Assembly (NCBI GenBank): GCA_951406725.2
Contig: OX597832.1
Coordinates: forward strand, 33,914,001-33,978,000
DNA length: 64,000 nt
Direction: 5' to 3'
From: Octopus vulgaris
Taxonomy: Eukaryota
A program made the translations under genes and the position numbers. The notes under the pieces were generated by a model that was not told the DNA's origin, ran no database searches, and saw only the letters and a list, made by a program, of their open reading frames with translations. Shown in pieces: positions 1-13,151 of the stretch; within the stretch, counting starts at the first letter, position 1; each line of letters opens with the position of its first letter.

Positions 1-330
1 ATAAAATGTAGTTCTTTTGCCTTTCGATCTTTCGTGCCACCATTTGTAGAATGGAAAGATCATGAATCCAGTGTCTCTATAGATTTTCTGTGAATTCTTA
101 CACATTAGCAAGAATCTACGGGGTTTGGTCTGTTAGATGTTTCATTATTTTCTCTTTGCATCAGTCTTTTCTATCGCCTCACCTTTATCAGTTTCTTCTA
201 GGATAACTGAGTTGATTTTCTACAGCGTTAGTAAAGCCTGCTTTTTTTTGTCTAAGAAGGTTTTGTTTTCATTTAAAGGTACGATCAGAAACAATTGTAC
301 ATACATACAGATCTAAAGTATGCTTCCTTG
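1..330 (-). mobile_element. Decayed Penelope-like retroelement RT N-terminal fragment
   Basis: Manual minus-strand translation gives ...KKQALLTL*KINSVILEETDKGEAI...RKIMKHLTD, resembling the Penelope ALxxL...VIxxxDKG motif. It contains stop codons. Confidence 0.45.
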
Positions 331-1324
331 ACATTTCTGTCGCCTGAACTAGGATTTTTAAGGTCAATTTTTCATGTCGTATACACGATCGACATTAAAA
401 TATACCCCTCTCTCCGAAGGGGCTGACACTTGACCGTTGCAGCGTGAAAATAAAATGTTTTGCTCAAGAACACAACGCGCTGTCCGGTCTATGGATCGAT
501 AGGGCAATCACAATCTTGCTTTTGTACACAATGTCCTGTACACGCGGCCACGTACTGCAATTGTCCTTACTGGATTCAAGGCCATGACTCATGGAGACTC
601 GCATGACGTATAAGGCATCGCAATCACCACATTGCTCTCAAAAGAGCCGCAAGTTTGTTGTAGGGTTAGTAATTGACATCTGAATGTGTAGGAGCCACTT
701 GATTTCTTTTCTTTCAACAGCACAAAGTGTCACCAGCTGCCGGAATCGAAACCACGATATTTTGTTGCTGAGTACACTACCCCAAACTCTAGGGCCACTG
801 GGCTTTGTGCATACGTAATACATTAGAATACACCATATGAGCCTGAATATACTAAATGCTAATATATTCATTGTAATATCAAATAACACACGAAATTCAT
901 TTATTTCTAAATAAATTATTTCATATATAAATCCCTCAGGCTAGATTTGCTAACATTAATGAATATGTAGAAATTCCAGCATTCTCTTTTATCGAATTCA
1001 TTTTCATTATTCTGTTATATTTTAATCTAATCATTCACATCTCTTCCATTGTATTCCAGTGTGAAATCGCAACGTTGATTAACCTCATTTGAAAGTCAGC
1101 TGTCAAAGTCCAACTCTCATGCTACTCATATTCATGTACCCATTGAGGGTGACCTTTAGCAAATAGCCTAACCCGCTGAAATAGTGTGTGTGTGTGTGTG
1201 TGCACGCGCGGGCGCATGCATTTGAAGCATCCACGTGAGCGAGGGATTAAGTTGTTGCGATCAGGATCGTATGTTCATGAGTTCCATTCCATGAAAGGGT
1301 GACTCTTGGAGATCCTAAACAATG

Positions 1325-1445
1325 TATGGTGGTTAAGGAGCTGGGATCACGATCACATGGGCGTGGGTTCGGTTCTTGGACCAAAAGGCTTCTTGTGTCC
1401 TTGAGCCCTGATACTCCATATCACGTTGCTTTTCTTTACACAAAT
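1325..1445 (+). mobile_element. tRNA-derived SINE fragment (family with TTGTGTCCTTGAGC core)
   Basis: A-box-like TGGTGGTTAAGG and B-box-like GGTTCGGTTC, followed by ttgtgtccttgagc. Related copies lie at about 440-560(-), 19230-19350(+), 34620-34820(-), 37700-37870(-), 50570-50845(+) and 62800-62970(-). Confidence 0.6.
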
Positions 1446-2222
1446 GCAATCAGCAGGAAAATGGGTTAGAGGTTAAAATGTCTACGAACTTGCGTCGCTT
1501 TTGTGAGAATTGTTTGAATCTTTGTCTTTTAAACGACTTGGAAAAGTAAATAATCTCTAACCTGCTGATATTGGTCCCTCGAAACACATAATATATATGT
1601 GTGTGTATGTATGTGTGTGTGTATGAATGTGTGTGTATGTAAACGCATACGAACGATCATGGTGCCAACACACACTCTGGTTCTTCTTCACTTATTTCTA
1701 TTATTATTAATCAACTATTTCAAGGATTAAACGATTCCCTAATCGACTGCATGATTAGTCGTTTGATTAATTAACCAATCAGTATGTTTCCCTTTCTAAT
1801 CCTGCTTAGTCTACTTATCTTCATCTCTTGGCTTTTGCTAGTCCATGTGTGTTATGCAGTGTGTGTGTGTGTATGTGTACGCGTAGCGAGTGTGTGTGTG
1901 TGTATAACACGTTACTATAGAATAAATTGTGCGGATGTACACATCTCCACCCTCTTTATTATTAATAATAATATATACCCCAGACAACATTTACCGTCCA
2001 GCGAAGCGTACACGTAATTACCCATCGGAAGAATTCCTAGAGTGACTAACAGCAAACTGTAGTCACAGACGTTGAATACTGATCGTTGTGGTTCGCCGTT
2101 AAAAAGTACATAAATGAAAGCTAACACGGTACCCGCCTGCATAATATATCCTTCCAAACTCACTTCTACATAAGTATATATATATATAGGTACACGAACA
2201 CACATATATAGACATACACACA

Positions 2223-2880
2223 TACAGTCTGTTTGAGCTACAGTTGACACTTTTCCTGAAAAGAAAACAATATCTTATCTAGAAATCAATATATTTTATA
2301 AAAATTAAAACATATCAATACGGTTTCAAGATAACTGGCGCGTTTCGCACTGGAATGATCTTCGAACACCTTGGTCGAAGATGTTGGCCATCAGCTTGGC
2401 ATTGGTGTTGAAGCGGTTGGTGTCTTTCTCACCCGTCCCCTTCACAAAGTAGCCCATGAGATTACAATCGGGAGAATTAGATCAGAAATTGGGTCTGGAC
2501 TCGAAGGAATTCTCCGACAACTACTTCTGACACTTTTCGGAGTTTTGATAAGGAGGTGAATCCTGCTGCCCCGCATATGACCAACCAGCAAGACCCATCC
2601 CACTCCAGGGATTAATCACATTTTCAGTAGCTTCTCTTAGCCATCATTATTGAGGCTAAGGCCCTGCTCGAATATCCGGTATGAATTCCGGCATGCGAAC
2701 GCAATCGAAACACCAGCTGAGTATGTTCATGCTGGCCACGACTTCCAACTTTCCATTGCAGTTGTCCATATCAGAAAGCATTAAGAAACAGTCATGATGT
2801 CGGCATTTTGATACACAGTAAGAATCCTCATGAGACGGGTAACTTTTCCAGTATCGATTGATCACCATTAACTAGAATGC
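2223..2880 (-). mobile_element. Decayed Tc1/mariner (maT/DD37D-like) transposase remnant
   Basis: The minus strand reads YAGQQDSPPYQNSEKCQK*LSENSF...NSPDCNLMGYFV.G.GEKDTNR, which aligns with the WQQDSA...NSPDCKPLDYY segment at 30317-30703. It begins at TACAG, a possible TIR end. Confidence 0.65.
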
Positions 2881-3628
2881 AGTTGACAACTCCCGATAGA
2901 TTTAATTCTAAATGGTTGAAGACTACATACCACAGAAAGTCTTTCATAAGTAAGTACGTAACCACCCCTTTTATCTTGCCCCACCTCCACTATACTCCCT
3001 GCTACTCCTCAAATTACAGGAGGCTTAACTAGGTATGAATTATTTTCTAAACTCATTCTCACACTCATATAACAAAATGAAACAATGTAAATATTTGGGT
3101 TTCCATGATTGATATAAATTTGTTGAAACATGTTTTAGCCTTTATGTTTGAAGTATGTGCGGTCTCTGGCGAGAACGGTTTCATTCATATTGATTAAATG
3201 TTTTCATTATTGAATTAAATAGCACCGCTTGAAGCAACCTTCATGAATTTACACCTGTACATATTTGTTACTTATTTATATTCTGTTCACCTTACATGGA
3301 ATCGGCACTTTTGAAATACTATAGAAAGTTCCTTTATAAAAAGTATTTGTCTGAATTACCAAGAGCGAATATCTCACTTAGCTGGGTTGCTTTTCCTGCA
3401 GTAATATCGAGTACAAATATCCCTACACGGAGTCTTGATATTCAATATTCAAATAATATTGTTCGGGTTTGCAGATTATACCGAACCAGCTAGGTGACTC
3501 AATTTAAGTACATCGATCCCTATTGATCGGCATCCTTTTTTCTCTTTTTTTTCTTCCCAAAAAGAAGAGCTCTACTTTGTGTTTTGTCCCCTGTATGTTT
3601 AGCCCTGTGTGGCCAATAAAGAAACACA

Positions 3629-3804
3629 TCTATCTATCTATCTATCTATCCATCCATCTATGTTTGTATGTATGTATATATGTATGTATGTATGTATGTT
3701 TCTATCTATCTATCTGTCTGTCTGTCTGTCTGTCTATCCATCCATCCATATATCTATCCATCTATCCATCCATCCATCCATCTATCTATCTATGTACACA
3801 TATA

Positions 3805-3845
<41 letters not shown>

Positions 3846-3880
3846 GTATATATAAATGTGTGTGTGTGTGTGTGTCTCTA
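3629..3880. repeat. Compound microsatellite (TATC/TATG/TGTC/CCAT/TA/TG)
   Basis: Directly visible tandem arrays. Confidence 0.95.
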
Positions 3881-4113
3881 TGTGTCTATGAAGGTATAAT
3901 GCGTGTTAACCAATAGAAACTGTTTACGTTTCAGAAATTTTAAAAAATTCCATAACAATCACAATATCCAATAGAACTTGTTTTCGATCTTCAATATTTT
4001 AAAAAAATTTTTTAACTTCGTGTTCACAGGATTTCATAAAATTCGTAATTAGATCGTTAAGCTTAAAAACATGTTTACATAGCATCACTGTCCAATGTTA
4101 TTATTATTATTAT

Positions 4114-4151
<38 letters not shown>

Positions 4152-4479
4152 AGCAGCAGCAGCAGTTGTAGTCACGGTACCAACATCCGTAGTAAATATG
4201 ATAATAGTAGTAGACGTATTAGTTGCAAAAATAATAGTTATATTAAAAACAATAATAATAGTTAATGAAATAATAATAATAATGCTAACAGGAAAAATAA
4301 TGGTATTCACGATAATGTTATTAATAATAATAATAATGATTTCAAAGATAGACACAAGTTTAAAGATTTTAGTAGAGCTGGTCTCGTGGATGAGATGGAT
4401 TCTTCCCCGAACGGCGGACAACATGTCGTTAGGAAGTTTGGCCAGTTCGGTGCCTTAATAATGACTTCTCCTATAGTTA

Positions 4480-4685
4480 GAAGGCGGGAAATAATGCGGG
4501 AGGGGGGCCAGTCGAATGTTTCAGACCTCAGTGCCTAACTGGTACTTATTTTATCGACCCTTCACCGCGAAAATATAAGATGCAAAATTGACTTAGATAT
4601 TATTGGAATTCAGAATGAAAAGACGGACTAAATGCGGCTAAGTATTTTGTTCGGCGTGCGAACAATGCTGTCGGCTCGATGCTTT
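4480..4685 (-). mobile_element. Major tRNA-derived SINE (family A), diverged copy
   Basis: ctggtacttattttatcgaccc...cagaatgaaaagacggactaaatgcggctaag is the reverse complement of the copy at 21170-21400. Confidence 0.75.
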
Positions 4686-4919
4686 TAATAACAAGCAACA
4701 ATGATAATGATGTTCATTTCAGTATTTGTTAACAAAAAGACTTCGAAGTCCCAACACTCGAGAAGCGAGAAAAGATATGAAATATGTTTGGTAATTGTGG
4801 AAGGGTGTATTGATGCACATTATATATATACACACGTATACACACAAGCACAAAATCCCCTACATACATATATACACACATGCATACATACATACATACA
4901 TACATACATACATGCATAC

Positions 4920-4950
<31 letters not shown>

Positions 4951-4999
4951 TATATTTATATATAAACACACACATGTCTTTTAGCATTTAGCATTTCCT

Positions 5000-5420
5000 A
5001 GACTGGGTCATTATTCTGAAGCCATTCTGCAGAGTACCGCCTTGCAGAACTTTTTGTTGGATGAATGGAATCGGCAATTGTTTCCATTTTAAGCCTGGTA
5101 CTTGATCTTTCACTCTGTTTTGCCGAAATTCTAAGTTACAGGGGAGTAAATACACCAACACCGGTTGGAAGACATTCGCAGAAACCTAAAGACGTGCGAG
5201 CGCACACACATAGATACACACACACACACAAACACACATACACACACATATATACATATATGTTTATACGACTAGCCTTTTTCAGTTTCTGTCTACAAAT
5301 TCACAAGGCTTTGGTGGACCAAGAGGATAGATTAGAAAACACTTGCTCAAGGTACCATGCCGTGAGACTGAACCCGGGACCATGTTGTTGGAAAGCAAGC
5401 TATAGCCTGATGGATGCATG
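5000..5420 (-). mobile_element. tRNA-derived SINE (family C, with internal TG/CA microsatellite)
   Basis: tttgccgaa..ctaagttac..acaccaacaccggttg, then (CA)n, then cagtttctgtctacaaattcacaaggctttgg..actgaacccgggaccatg. Related copies lie at about 25770-26000(+), 27020-27400(+), 36990-37190(-), 42960-43140(-) and 50880-51070(+). Confidence 0.7.
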
Positions 5421-6149
5421 TAATCACATATGCATCTGTGATTTACAAATATATGTACATATATAGGAATATGTGTGTATGTACGGTTGCTTTTGTGGTG
5501 TGTATGTGGGTATGTAATTCGTAAATTTTGTATATGATCTGTTTATATGTGAGTGAATACAGATTATAAAATCGGTGCATATCTCTCAATGCATCCATGT
5601 ATTAAATTTGTCGAGTGTATGGCTAGATGGATGTGTATGGAAATAATATAGTACGTGTTTCGGTCTTTATCCGGTTATATACCAGTTTCTTTCATAATCT
5701 AATAACGCTTATCGACATCCCAGAATCTGTTGTGTGTCATTATTACATAATTCGATATTTTACTCTCGATACCACCGTAAAGGATTGCTGTAGAATAGGT
5801 AAGTTTCTGACGAGAATCGATATAGTTTTCCCCCATTCTCCAATTTACTTGTCGAGATAATGTATTAGAAAAATGCATGACCATCGCATAATCGCAATTA
5901 TATTTTACCGATCTCGAGGGAAGGGTTTGAATGTTTCGATTGATCGATCTGCCAAAAAAACTTCTGTAACAGATCAAAATAATTGTTATTTTCTCCGAAG
6001 TACGATAAACGAGCATCTAAAATAAAGAATTCTAGTGGCCATCGTTACTACGTGTGTTTGTTTGGTGGTCATCAGTTCCTGACTTCGGTTCGTGGACCTT
6101 GCGTTAACTTCTTGATAATTTCACATTATTTCGCATTTCTCCAGTTGTA

Positions 6150-7275
6150 TATTCAACTGTAAACCAGGATCCTGTTATGGAATGTAAACAAATGAGGTTT
6201 ATTTTTCAACATAGTCCCCTTTTGCGGTCCACACATTTCTTCCATCGCTTTTTGTAGCGCATCAACGCCATTTGTGAAGAAGCTTTCCTTCTGCTGGTGA
6301 AAAAATGTCGTCAACATTAGATATGACATCATCATCACTGCGATACTGGCTATCAGTCAAGGGTCTTTTTCATGACGGGGAACAAATAATAGTCAGATGG
6401 GGCCAAATCAGGAGAATAGGCAGCCATTGAACCCAAAGATTTGTGTGCTCGAGTATTGTCCTAAGGAATCAAAACATCTTTCGGCAGTTTCCTTGGGCGT
6501 TTGGTCTTGATAGCCTTTCGTAACTGCAAGCTGATATAGTACTCTTCATTGATGGCGTGGCCCTTTTGTCAATGAAAACAATGTATTTAGAATCTAGAGA
6601 AGACACCGTCCCTGCAGATGAAATGACCTTGGCCTTCTTTGGACAGGTGAGATGAGCTGTTTTCTCTGCATGCATTGCCTCTCAGTCCGACTCAAAGTGA
6701 AGCCAACGTTCATCTTATCTTGGGAAATCAGCTGGATTTGTCTCAAACAATGTCAGACATTCCCAAGATTTGATCGGCTTGGTGTGCTTTTGTCAGAAGA
6801 GATGGCACATACAGAGCAGAAATGTTCATCATGCCAAGTTCATTGAGCAGAATATTCTCAACCCTCTCACAGTTAATGCTACTAGCGTTGACTAATTGAT
6901 TTATTGATCAATCATCCGCCACCATGTGGTGAACACGGTCAATGTTTTCCTTGGTGGTGGCACAACGTCCAGACCTTGGCTAATCTTCTAAACACTCCCT
7001 TTCTTTTCTAAATTTAGCTGCTCACTTTCGAATTATTGAGAAATCAACATGAATGTCCTTCAGGAATAAACCCTTTCTTAAAAGATACTTGATGACGCCA
7101 CGATTCCAAATTTTGTATATTTTCAAGAGAATTCCCTTCGAGTTACTTTTGAAGTCTTCTTTGATATCAGTTTACATGAAAAGAAACAATGCAACTATTA
7201 ATAAAAATTGGTTGAAATTGATGCAAGATTATTTGACAGCTTTCGAGCTTTTCAGCTTTTCAGCCCACACTCGTG
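6150..7275 (-). mobile_element. Decayed mariner (DD34D-type) DNA transposon
   Basis: Minus-strand motifs PKKAKVISSAG...DSKYIVFID, YSPDLAPSDYYLF (6380-6420) and terminal GDYVEK* (gactatgttgaaaaataa). A TIR-like cttttcagcccacactcgt lies at about 7256-7274. Frameshifted. Confidence 0.9.
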
Positions 7276-7711
7276 AAATACCAACAAGGTAACCGGGTGT
7301 TGGAGCAACTCCCTCTCCTTTCATCATGGATGCCCGAGGGTCTCTCTGTATCTCTCCTTGATTGTATGTACACCTAAAACAATTATCCAAAATCATCATC
7401 ATCATCATCATCATTTTCGTCGTCATCAGTATCAGCATCATTATCATCATTTCTATCGGCATTGATATCAACTTAAATAATATTTTCCTGTTGAGTGATG
7501 CAAACCAAAACATTAGGTCTTTCGTTATTGTCCTCAACGTCCTGGGATATTGACCGCAATAATAGAAATCATCTTGGAGGGTTTCCATAAAATCTGTATC
7601 AATTGAGAAGTAGGTTCAACGTTCGTGACTTAATACCACTCCACTTCAATTGCCGGCCTTGTGCCAAAATTTGGAACCATTCTTATAATTATTAAAATGA
7701 TAATTATAGCA

Positions 7712-7920
7712 AGAGCTGGCAGAATCGTTAATAGACTGGGCTAAATGCTTAGCGGCATTTCCTCTGTCTTTACGTCCTTTGTTCAAATTCTACCGATGTC
7801 AAGTTTGCTTTTCACCATTTCGGTGACGATGAAATAAGTACCAGTTGCCTGCAGGGGTCGATCTAATCGACTGGCCGCCTACCCAAAAATTTCCAGCCTT
7901 GTGCCTAGAGAAGAAAAGAA
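7712..7920 (+). mobile_element. Major tRNA-derived SINE (family A)
   Basis: gagctggcagaatcgtt...aaatgcttagcggcattt...gttcaaattc (B box)...aaataagtaccagttg...ggggtcgatctaatcgac...gccttgtgcc. Confidence 0.85.
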
Positions 7921-8097
7921 ATAAGTACCAGCCGAGCCCTAGCATCCATGTAACAGGTAATCTCCTTCCCCCATATTTCAGACCTTGTAACTACCGCAGG
8001 AAGGATAGGAATTATTATTATTATTATTATTTACTTTTAATCTGCATGTATGTTTCAATCACATGACGAGACACACCCAACGTTCTAAAACGCATTA

Positions 8098-8119
8098 TTG
8101 TCATTATTATTATTGTGTA

Positions 8120-8208
<89 letters not shown>

Positions 8209-8235
8209 CTGTCGTTGTTGTTGTTATCATTATTA
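8098..8235. repeat. (TTA)n-(TAG)n-(TTG)n compound trinucleotide microsatellite
   Basis: Directly visible. Confidence 0.95.
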
Positions 8236-9193
8236 GTTTGTAAAGACACTTTTCGTATACAGTTGTTTTTATTGGTTGATATTCAACATGGAATCGATTC
8301 TGGAATTTTAAACAAAATACTTTCTAAATATTATGCAATTGTGTGTCTGCGTGTGTGGAGGGAGGAAGAGGAGGAGGGGGGCAGAGAAAGAGAGAAAGAG
8401 AGAAAGAGGGAAAGAGAAAAAACAAAGCTCACACATATGTATACACACATTCATATATACTATATATATGTGTGTGAGTGTGCAAAATCTCATAGACATG
8501 TAGATATTGTATAGCAATTGCATGTGTGCATGCGCACAAACGCACACAAACACACACACCCATGCATGCGTGAGTGTGTGTGTGTGTGTACATAGTCTAT
8601 GCATTCCTGAGTGTGAGTAATTCACAAGAACAACATTGTGTGTCGAGTTTCTTTTTTTGGCTAAATAGAATGTTTATAACAACAACAACGACGACCACAA
8701 CAACAGTAATTACAATATTACAATAGTAATAATAACAACAACAACAATAATAATAATAGTAATAATAATAATAACAACTATATTAATAATAATAAAAATA
8801 ATAATAATAATAATAACAACAACAACAACAACAATAATAATAATAATAATAATGATAATAATAATAATGCAATGCGATATATTCTGCCTTTCAGCCAAAT
8901 AATATTTCATGTCTTCACTCCACTTATTTTAGTGTCTTTTGGAGTTTGAAAGAACCACACTCAGGAATTATTCTTTCCAGTTCCATTCTTTTGTTAGTGG
9001 AGAAAATCATTGCAATTTTAACCTCAATAAATTCCAATTACTTTCTTCTCACATTCCTGCGGTTTTTTTGGTTCTTTTCTTTTCTAAGGGCGATTCTTCT
9101 TTAGATTGTTCTTTCATTTTGTTTTCGAATTATCTTTTGTCTTATTTCCATTTGTCTTGGTTATCTTCTCCCCCTCCTCTCTATTTGTCTCTC

Positions 9194-9236
<43 letters not shown>

Positions 9237-9409
9237 CCTCTCACGCTCTTATTTTAATTTATTTTTATATCATCCTCAGGTCAACCTTTCCATGCCACTG
9301 AACATTTAAAATCCATTATATTTCCACATTTATATCATACCCTCTGCCATTTTCTCTCACCCCGCATTCTCACTTAGAATATAACTATTTCTCAACTTTT
9401 CTGCATATA

Positions 9410-9412
9410 TGC

Positions 9413-9467
<55 letters not shown>

Positions 9468-9715
9468 TGAGTGTGTGTGTGTGTAGACATATAAACAAAC
9501 ATAGACATATAAACAATCGACATATAAACAAACATAGACATAAATGTATATGCATACGTATGGCAATGTATATATATACTTACATATATGAGGGTATCTG
9601 CATATCTATTGTGAATGCTTTTATCTATTTCTTTCCAAGTTTAAATGTTTATTTCTTCCTGCGTAAAAGGAATGGATGTTTAATATGGCATCTTGAATAT
9701 ATTTCCGTATGCGTA

Positions 9716-9786
<71 letters not shown>

Positions 9787-10140
9787 GTATGTATATAACT
9801 TATGTATATATATGTATATATATATGTATATATATTTATATATGTGTGTATATATGTATGTATATATATGTATATATATATGTATACATATGTATATATG
9901 TGTGCATATGTATATATATATATATTTATATATATGTATATGTATATATATATGTATATATATGTATATATATGCATATATATGTATATATAAATATATG
10001 TATGTATATGCAAGTATATATATGTGTGTGTGATTATAAATATATATATATATATACATATTTATATACTTCATACTTATATATATGCATATACATATAG
10101 ACATATATATATATGTATATATATATGTTTGTTTGTTTGT
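9410..10140. repeat. Long TA/TG/TATG low-complexity region including an ~18-bp minisatellite (agacatataaacaaacat)
   Basis: Directly visible. The minisatellite lies at about 9485-9545. Confidence 0.9.
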
Positions 10141-10619
10141 GTGTTGATTCGACGCTTGGAAAAATATGTTCGGTTCATTTACACTGTATATTGCTCTCGA
10201 AAATTTATTTATAAACAACTTGATTTACCTTTTGTCTGTAACGGAACAGACGAGTATCAAGGCGAGGCATCTAGTTCATAGAAATAGCAGTCTAATAGTA
10301 TTTCCAATCATGCTAGTATGAACAAAATTTGACGTGCTGATGCTTAGAATCTCCCATTGCGGTTTTTTTCTTTTTTACTGTGGTCAGAATAACAACAAAA
10401 CACCACCTACACCACTCCTACTATGACTATCACCATCGTCACCATAATAATGGTGATAATGATAATGATAATAATGAGTCTCGATCTAATTTTAAGTCTC
10501 TTACAAAACCACCACAACTGGACTGGCCTAATGTCTTGAAACCTCTAACGATTAAATGCTAAATCTCCCTGAATCTCATGAAAGGCGAAAGAAGCAGAAT
10601 TCTGTCGAGCAGGACAGGA

Positions 10620-10950
10620 AAGGTTTTGCCACTGAGTGCAGGCATGATACCCAGGCTGTACGGCATGATGTAAGTGTGGCAACTGTTGTTGCGAAGGCGG
10701 TTAAATTAATAGCAATTGGCTGAGAGGTGATCACAGAAATGTCTGCATGGCAAATATGTAGCCCGTAGCCAACAAGTTGATGTTAACCAGAAACTCACCA
10801 ATGGTCACAGTGCTTAGGGCTAAAAGGCAGAGAGCGAAGGCTTCATCTTAGCTGCTCAGTTTCAAAGTTTATTGATCAGGAACTACCAAGTCAATGTGAA
10901 GAAAAACGGATTAGATACAAATTGCCGATTCTCTAAAAGATTCCTGTTGT
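10620..10950 (+). mobile_element. R4/Dong-type RLE non-LTR retrotransposon fragment
   Basis: The plus strand reads LHGKYVARSQQVDVNQKLT..GLK-AESEGFILAAQFQSLLIRNYQVNVKKNG, matching the LHG...ETEGFxxAAQDQxL motif found downstream of the RT in this clade. Confidence 0.75.
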
Positions 10951-11219
10951 GTTTAACCCATTAGCTTTAAGAATATCAAAGACAGGGTAACTGTTTGAGT
11001 TTGAGGCGCTTTTGGAAAACAACCCGGTGTCCAGATTTGAGATGTACAACCGTTATCGCTCAGAGGCAGCCTGGCACCACCACTCTATTCAGTGAGCACG
11101 CAAACAGTTGCTCTTATCCCGCGGTTCCTCTCCTACAGGACGGGATAGCCGTAGCCGAGTTGATGTTATCAGCGGCTGCATAAGGTGGGCGATGCACGCG
11201 AGCTTGTGCAGACAAAATC

Positions 11220-11896
11220 AGAATTAGCAAATCGAAACAGAACTAGGATGGAATTCAATATGATTGGATGACTTCATCCAAGTGTAGGAGTATCATGATT
11301 GTATTTATCTAGAAAAGGTACTAAAAGTTTAATATCAGTAGAAAGTTGTGAATAGTTAAGTGGAGTAGGTACAGCGTGTCATGTAGCTTGAAGTGGGAAA
11401 CTTTTATGAAGAGCAACTAGAGTAACAGTTGTAAAAGAAGCAAGACTAACTGACAAGAGAAAGCTTTGCATGGTAGATTTCCAAAGATGTAATAGTAATA
11501 GTGAGATAGGATTGTGGTTGCAGAAAGGAAGTCTGAAAAGGGAGAAAGTTTGTTAGTAGCAACACAAGATAAGATATTGAAGACTAATTGGATAAATCTA
11601 CGATCGACAAAAATCCGGTTGATTTTTAATGTATTTTACGTGAATCAAAGGTGGAAAGTTTTGCTTATGCATTTAGTGAATGTAGTATTCCGGCTCAGAA
11701 ATGGAAAAGACATGACAAGCGATGGAGATTAATCCATTGGCAGCGATGGAGAAAGCTAGGATTTGCCTCTGCTGATTAGTGGTATGAACACAAAGCTGGT
11801 AAAATATTAGAAAATTAGAAGTAGAATTTGCGGTATGTTAACATTCAGACTGACAGAGTAAAAGAATCTAGAAGGCCCTGTTAAGTAGTAGTAGTT

Positions 11897-11966
<70 letters not shown>

Positions 11967-11971
11967 CAGTG

Positions 11972-12026
<55 letters not shown>

Positions 12027-12300
12027 CAGTGGTAGTAGTAGTAGTAGTAGTAGTAGATGACAAAGAGAATAGAATGTGCCAGGCAACTGACATTCAAGAT
12101 GGAAGTTAAAGAGAAAATAGCAAAGAAACTAGACCTACTCATTGAGTTACAAAGGCTATGGAAATGTATCCCTGGTCATAAGGGAATTAGGAATTCCTAA
12201 AGATTTGAACAGATGGAGAGAGGAAATAGGCATAAAACCTAGTTTAGTGTAGCTCCAGAAAACTGTATTGTTAGAAAGGTTCTTGGCATCGAAAGCTACT
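11220..12300 (+). mobile_element. R4/Dong-type RLE non-LTR retrotransposon, 3' part, decayed
   Basis: Segments GESLLVATQDKILKTNW, RHDK..IHW, RP-[GTA array]-DKENRMC, DLLIELQRLW and LQKTVLL, which is the order expected for the zinc-finger/RLE region. Many frameshifts. Confidence 0.8.
11885..12055. repeat. (GTA)n microsatellite inside the LINE endonuclease motif
   Basis: About 170 bp of GTA with two identical gcagtg interruptions 60 bp apart. Confidence 0.95.
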
Positions 12301-12319
12301 AGTTCTTAACTGATAGGAA

Positions 12320-12828
12320 GTGTTATCACGCACATTGTTTTGTCTTGGTATAAAAGATGTGCTACAGCAAATATTCTGCTCAATACCACAGATTAGCTTG
12401 TCAGTTGTTTGACCATAACCAGTTGACCATGTCCCTTAGTGGCTGACGATATGTGCATCTCTGATCACGAGCAGAAGTAGTGGGGGAGCATCATAGCCAT
12501 GTATTGAGAGGGGTTATTTGGGGTTTGAATAATTCACCTCTGGAAACATGGGTGGTTCGTTGAACATCCTTAAACAACCCTTATTCAGGGACCTTTTGAG
12601 TGGGATGGGTTACTCGACCAAAGAAAAATTTGACTGGGTCCCACCTGCAAGGTCATGTGCTGCTAATCTTTATATGAGATCACCCTGTCGTGCACATATG
12701 GTCATGATGCATGTGCTTGGTGTACCCTTATCAGACAGGTAGTCATGATGGGTTTACTGGGCTTCGTATATTTTACCCCAGTGTCACTTTGATGGCATGT
12801 ACTGCCCTCACACTCAATAATAATAAAA
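12320..12828 (+). mobile_element. Unclassified interspersed repeat ending in (TAA)n
   Basis: A non-coding, more GC-balanced ~500-bp block ending in ...ctcacactcaataataataa. Recalled as a common octopus repeat but not verifiable here. Confidence 0.45.
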
Positions 12829-12832
12829 ATAA

Positions 12833-13010
12833 AGGCACAAGGCCAGAAATTTGGGGAAGGAAACTAGTCGATTACATCAACCTCAGTGTTTCACTGTTAC
12901 TTAATTATATCGATCCTGAAAGGATGAAAGGCAAAGTCGACATCACAATATAGCGACAGGCGAAATACTGATATGCATTTCGTCCAGGTTGCTAACGATT
13001 CTTCCAGCTC
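12833..13010 (-). mobile_element. Major tRNA-derived SINE (family A)
   Basis: ggcacaaggccagaaatttgg...gtcgattacatc...gaaaggatgaaaggcaaagtcgac...gctaacgattcttccagctc. Confidence 0.8.
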
Positions 13011-13151
13011 AAAAAATATAACAGTTATTAATACTAGAATCATTATTGGTCTCATTATAATTATTATTTTGCTGCTGCTGCTGCCGCTGCCGAAGTTGTT
13101 GCTGTTGTTGCGGTTTTTGTCCTCGTCATCGCTGTTTCTGTCATTATTATT

